From NCBI GenBank assembly GCA_964422555.1, contig CAYRBR010000004.1, positions 1-47,315 of the forward strand: a DNA stretch of 47,315 nucleotides, written 5' to 3'. The notes under the pieces were generated by a model. It saw only the letters and a program-made list of their open reading frames with translations, made no database searches and was not told where the DNA came from. This document shows positions 44,704 to 47,315 of this stretch, one piece after another. How positions within the stretch are numbered: the stretch's first letter is position 1; each line of letters starts with the position of its first letter. The position numbers and the translations under genes are program-made. This DNA is from an uncultured Caldisericota bacterium (lineage in GTDB: Bacteria; Caldisericota; Caldisericia; UBA6126).

Positions 44704-47315
44704 ATGAAGAAGTGGATAAGCCTACTCGTAAGTTTTTTTATTCTAACCCTAACGTTTGTTTTTAATATGCAACCAAAAACAGTTTCAGCAGCAGGTTCAT
44801 TAGTATTAACCTATTCCCCGCAACCACTAACTGCTGGATGTGTTCCAGAGTTAATTGACCCCAATGAACCCTTCACAATTTATATTACAGACCAGGAAGG
44901 TTTCCCTGTCGATTTGACAATGGGGGGACAAATAGAAGACGAAGATGTTTGGAATTTATTATTTAAAGATCACCATCCTGAAGAAATTGGACAGTATTAC
45001 TGGGTGAGAACAGATTTACACAACGATGATGGAAGCCTAGAAGACAACGAAGATTTATTTGGTTTTCGACCCATTAAAATAGACTTTACCAGAGCAGATG
45101 AAGGTGTGTATATATTTAAAGGTTTTTGTGCCAACGATACTGGCAGCTTTGTAGTTACCGCTTATACTCCCGACAGAAAATCAGCTGGATCCGTTCGGGT
45201 GGAAGTTGTTTCCCCCGATGTAAACTACGAGATTGTAAATACAGAAGATCCTGATGGAAACATATTCACAGTTCCGGGTAATCCAGATTTTGTCATGACC
45301 GCTGGGGACAATCGTATTTACCAAATCACTGCTTATGCAAGAAATGCACAGGGAAAAATGATTCGTGGAATTGATCGAGATATAAATATATGTAGCGGAT
45401 CAACTGAAGTTGCTCGTTTCACCCCTTTCACTACTGAATGTGCCAATTTTGAATACAATCCAACTCAGCAAGTGCGAGGTACTTATGCAATTAATCACAC
45501 AGAAACATCTTACATTACAAATACTGGGAATCGATACTATTTACATTTAGGTGTTGATTACAATTGCAATGGAAAAATCGATAGTCGTAACCGTGAATCA
45601 GAACCAATGTCTTATTTTCACGTACGAGATGTTGATTCCTTTGGGAATATCGTTAAAACACCCTACCTTACATATTACATAACCAGCAATGTTCAATGGG
45701 AAGATGGTACTTTTGAAGAAGATCCTCAATTTGAATTTTCACCCCCTTATGATGGTTGGGGTTTAGGATCCATTTACAATTCAGCGAAACAAGAAGGATA
45801 CTTAATTGCAGACTTGAACGAAGATCAAAAACTAGATTACCATGACTCTCTCCTTTTTGATAGCCAAGGCAGATGTACTTTTTATATCTTCTCAGAAGAT
45901 ATTACCGATGTGGGAGGATTTGTTGCTTGTAACCCCTATGGTAACAGAGATGTTGCTGGGGGACCACCCATCAGTTCTTCTTCTCCAACTACTCTTCGCA
46001 CAAGATACCAAAGAGACTTTGTATTCTCATTGGATTTTGATTGTATCCCTACTCGCATTATTGGAGCAGGAAAGCCAGGCGTTCGAGTGTTTGATGCAAA
46101 AACAGAAAAAGAATTGGGAAAAGAATTTTTCAATCGGAATAACTACGATTTAGTTTTTGGAAAAGAAAATCATTTACTTTTCGAGATTACCCCCGGAGAT
46201 ACCCGAGACTTATCTCCATCCATGGAAGGGATTATTGGCCTCAGTGGTAACCAAAGTGAGACTGCAATATATGGTCGACTAAACTGGGTAAATGGAAAAG
46301 CTGTAACAACAATGTTCTTTACTCCCACCGGGTTGGGTGATGGTGTCGTTTGGGTAGATGCAATCTTCAAGAATACAAGTACAGATGGCCCGTATCAGAT
46401 TAAGCTAGAGAAAATTTTGTACCTGGATTCTGTTACCGGGCAAGGGATCCAGTGTGTTCCTGATAAAGTTCACGAAAAAACGGATACGGATTTAGTGATA
46501 ACTGTAAAAGAGGTGGGAACAAAGAAACGTGTTGACAATGCCACTGTAACAGTTGAAGGATGTGGAGTTAGTGAAAAGGGAAAAACAAACCAAGATGGTA
46601 TTTTCAGATGTATTGTTCATCCCACAACAACAGGTGAACTAACAATATCTGCAAAGAAGAGTGATATGATTAGTGGTTCCATAACCATCCCTGTTTTTCC
46701 TGAAGAAGTATCTTTATTTCTCGACATTGACCCTCCCGTTAATCCCACTAAGAATTCCACTGCAACACTAACTGGCTACACTGTTCCCGAAACAGTAGTT
46801 CAGTGCAAAAATATTGAAACGATTGCTGACTCCAAAGGTCACTTTTCACTCCCCAACATTCCACTGGAAGAAGGTTTGAATACACTGTTTGTTACAGCAC
46901 AATACGAAGATCAACAAGTGCGAAAACTAGTTGAGATTACAAAAGATACTACTCCACCCAATTTATTTGTTGATCTTCCCAAAGATAAACTAATCGATAG
47001 AGAAACATGGCAATTCACTGGACGTGCAGAACCTGGTTCGATTGTCAAAGCGAATGCGATTGAAGCAGTATTGGTTAATGATTTATGGAAAGTAGAAGTA
47101 CCCTTAGTAACAGGTTCAAATACCATTGTTTTTAGTGCAAGTGATTCCCTTGGCAATCGAACAGAAGAGACCATTACTGTCTACAATTGGCATGAAACAA
47201 TAATTCGACTTAGTATTGGAAATGAAACAGCTTATGTAAACGAAGATGTAGTTATTCTGGATGCTCCTCCAGTAATTGTAGAAGGAAGAACGATGGTACC
47301 TGTTCGCTTTATAGC
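44704..47315 (+). CDS. Large secreted surface protein with Ig-like repeats and C-terminal stalk domain, 3'-truncated (not in the ORF track)
   Basis: Hand translation from ATG 44704 (MKKWISLLVSFF...VSAAG) stays open for about 870 codons to the window end. DTTPP Ig-type motif, and IRLSIGNETAYVN...EGRTMVPVRFI stalk start near 47200. Confidence 0.88.
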   Translation, partial: MKKWISLLVSFFILTLTFVFNMQPKTVSAAGSLVLTYSPQPLTAGCVPELIDPNEPFTIYITDQEGFPVDLTMGGQIEDEDVWNLLFKDHHPEEIGQYYWVRTDLHNDDGSLEDNEDLFGFRPIKIDFTRADEGVYIFKGFCANDTGSFVVTAYTPDRKSAGSVRVEVVSPDVNYEIVNTEDPDGNIFTVPGNPDFVMTAGDNRIYQITAYARNAQGKMIRGIDRDINICSGSTEVARFTPFTTECANFEYNPTQQVRGTYAINHTETSYITNTGNRYYLHLGVDYNCNGKIDSRNRESEPMSYFHVRDVDSFGNIVKTPYLTYYITSNVQWEDGTFEEDPQFEFSPPYDGWGLGSIYNSAKQEGYLIADLNEDQKLDYHDSLLFDSQGRCTFYIFSEDITDVGGFVACNPYGNRDVAGGPPISSSSPTTLRTRYQRDFVFSLDFDCIPTRIIGAGKPGVRVFDAKTEKELGKEFFNRNNYDLVFGKENHLLFEITPGDTRDLSPSMEGIIGLSGNQSETAIYGRLNWVNGKAVTTMFFTPTGLGDGVVWVDAIFKNTSTDGPYQIKLEKILYLDSVTGQGIQCVPDKVHEKTDTDLVITVKEVGTKKRVDNATVTVEGCGVSEKGKTNQDGIFRCIVHPTTTGELTISAKKSDMISGSITIPVFPEEVSLFLDIDPPVNPTKNSTATLTGYTVPETVVQCKNIETIADSKGHFSLPNIPLEEGLNTLFVTAQYEDQQVRKLVEITKDTTPPNLFVDLPKDKLIDRETWQFTGRAEPGSIVKANAIEAVLVNDLWKVEVPLVTGSNTIVFSASDSLGNRTEETITVYNWHETIIRLSIGNETAYVNEDVVILDAPPVIVEGRTMVPVRFI

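Noticed and set aside
45556-45846. Canonical dockerin domain
   Set aside because: The two Ca-loop-like motifs are 85 aa apart and lack the following helix pattern, so they are treated as isolated loops.
45842-47174. Short ORFs at 45842, 45936, 46170, 46911
   Set aside because: All lie within the long open frame starting at 44704 and are shadow ORFs.
1-47315. CRISPR array, rRNA/tRNA, IS element, integrase, prophage, riboswitch, selenocysteine recoding
   Set aside because: No spaced direct repeats, RNA-gene signatures, transposase/integrase motifs or read-through TGA were seen by eye. Intergenic gaps are mostly under 300 nt. A covariance-model scan would be needed to exclude small RNAs.

Overview
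Low-GC bacterial chromosomal window, densely coding, with no rRNA, tRNA, CRISPR array, transposase or prophage that I can support. The lifestyle looks anaerobic and amino-acid-fermenting. The PQQ/cohesin/BACON/'stalk' surface proteins suggest a Caldisericota-like lineage (inference only). In order: two hypothetical genes; a membrane protein plus ABC-2 exporter; a 1029-aa FAD/4Fe-4S/CCG oxidoreductase with an unusual Met/Pro-rich tail; CGGC protein, GNAT, Fe-S aldo/keto reductase, DUF2157-like protein; an orphan histidine kinase with a 5-Cys sensor; an accessory + strand run (thioredoxin-like surface protein, hydrolase lipoprotein, Rieske oxygenase, solute-binding protein); a DtxR-feoA-feoA-feoB-zupT operon with two matching operators; two tandem PH-like paralogs; an rplU-arcE-argF-nnr-nuclease operon; ridA; a minus-strand run of two orphan MrpD-type subunits, rsmA, ispE and a NusG-II protein; iorAB; ftcD; an Fe-S-type thiI; and an ~870-aa surface protein missing from the ORF track because it runs off the window. 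The most notable items are the ATP-conserving arginine synthetase (ArcE)-type gene coupled behind rplU, the Met/Pro tail, and the partnerless MrpD pair. All family assignments come from motif recognition and recall, not database searches.
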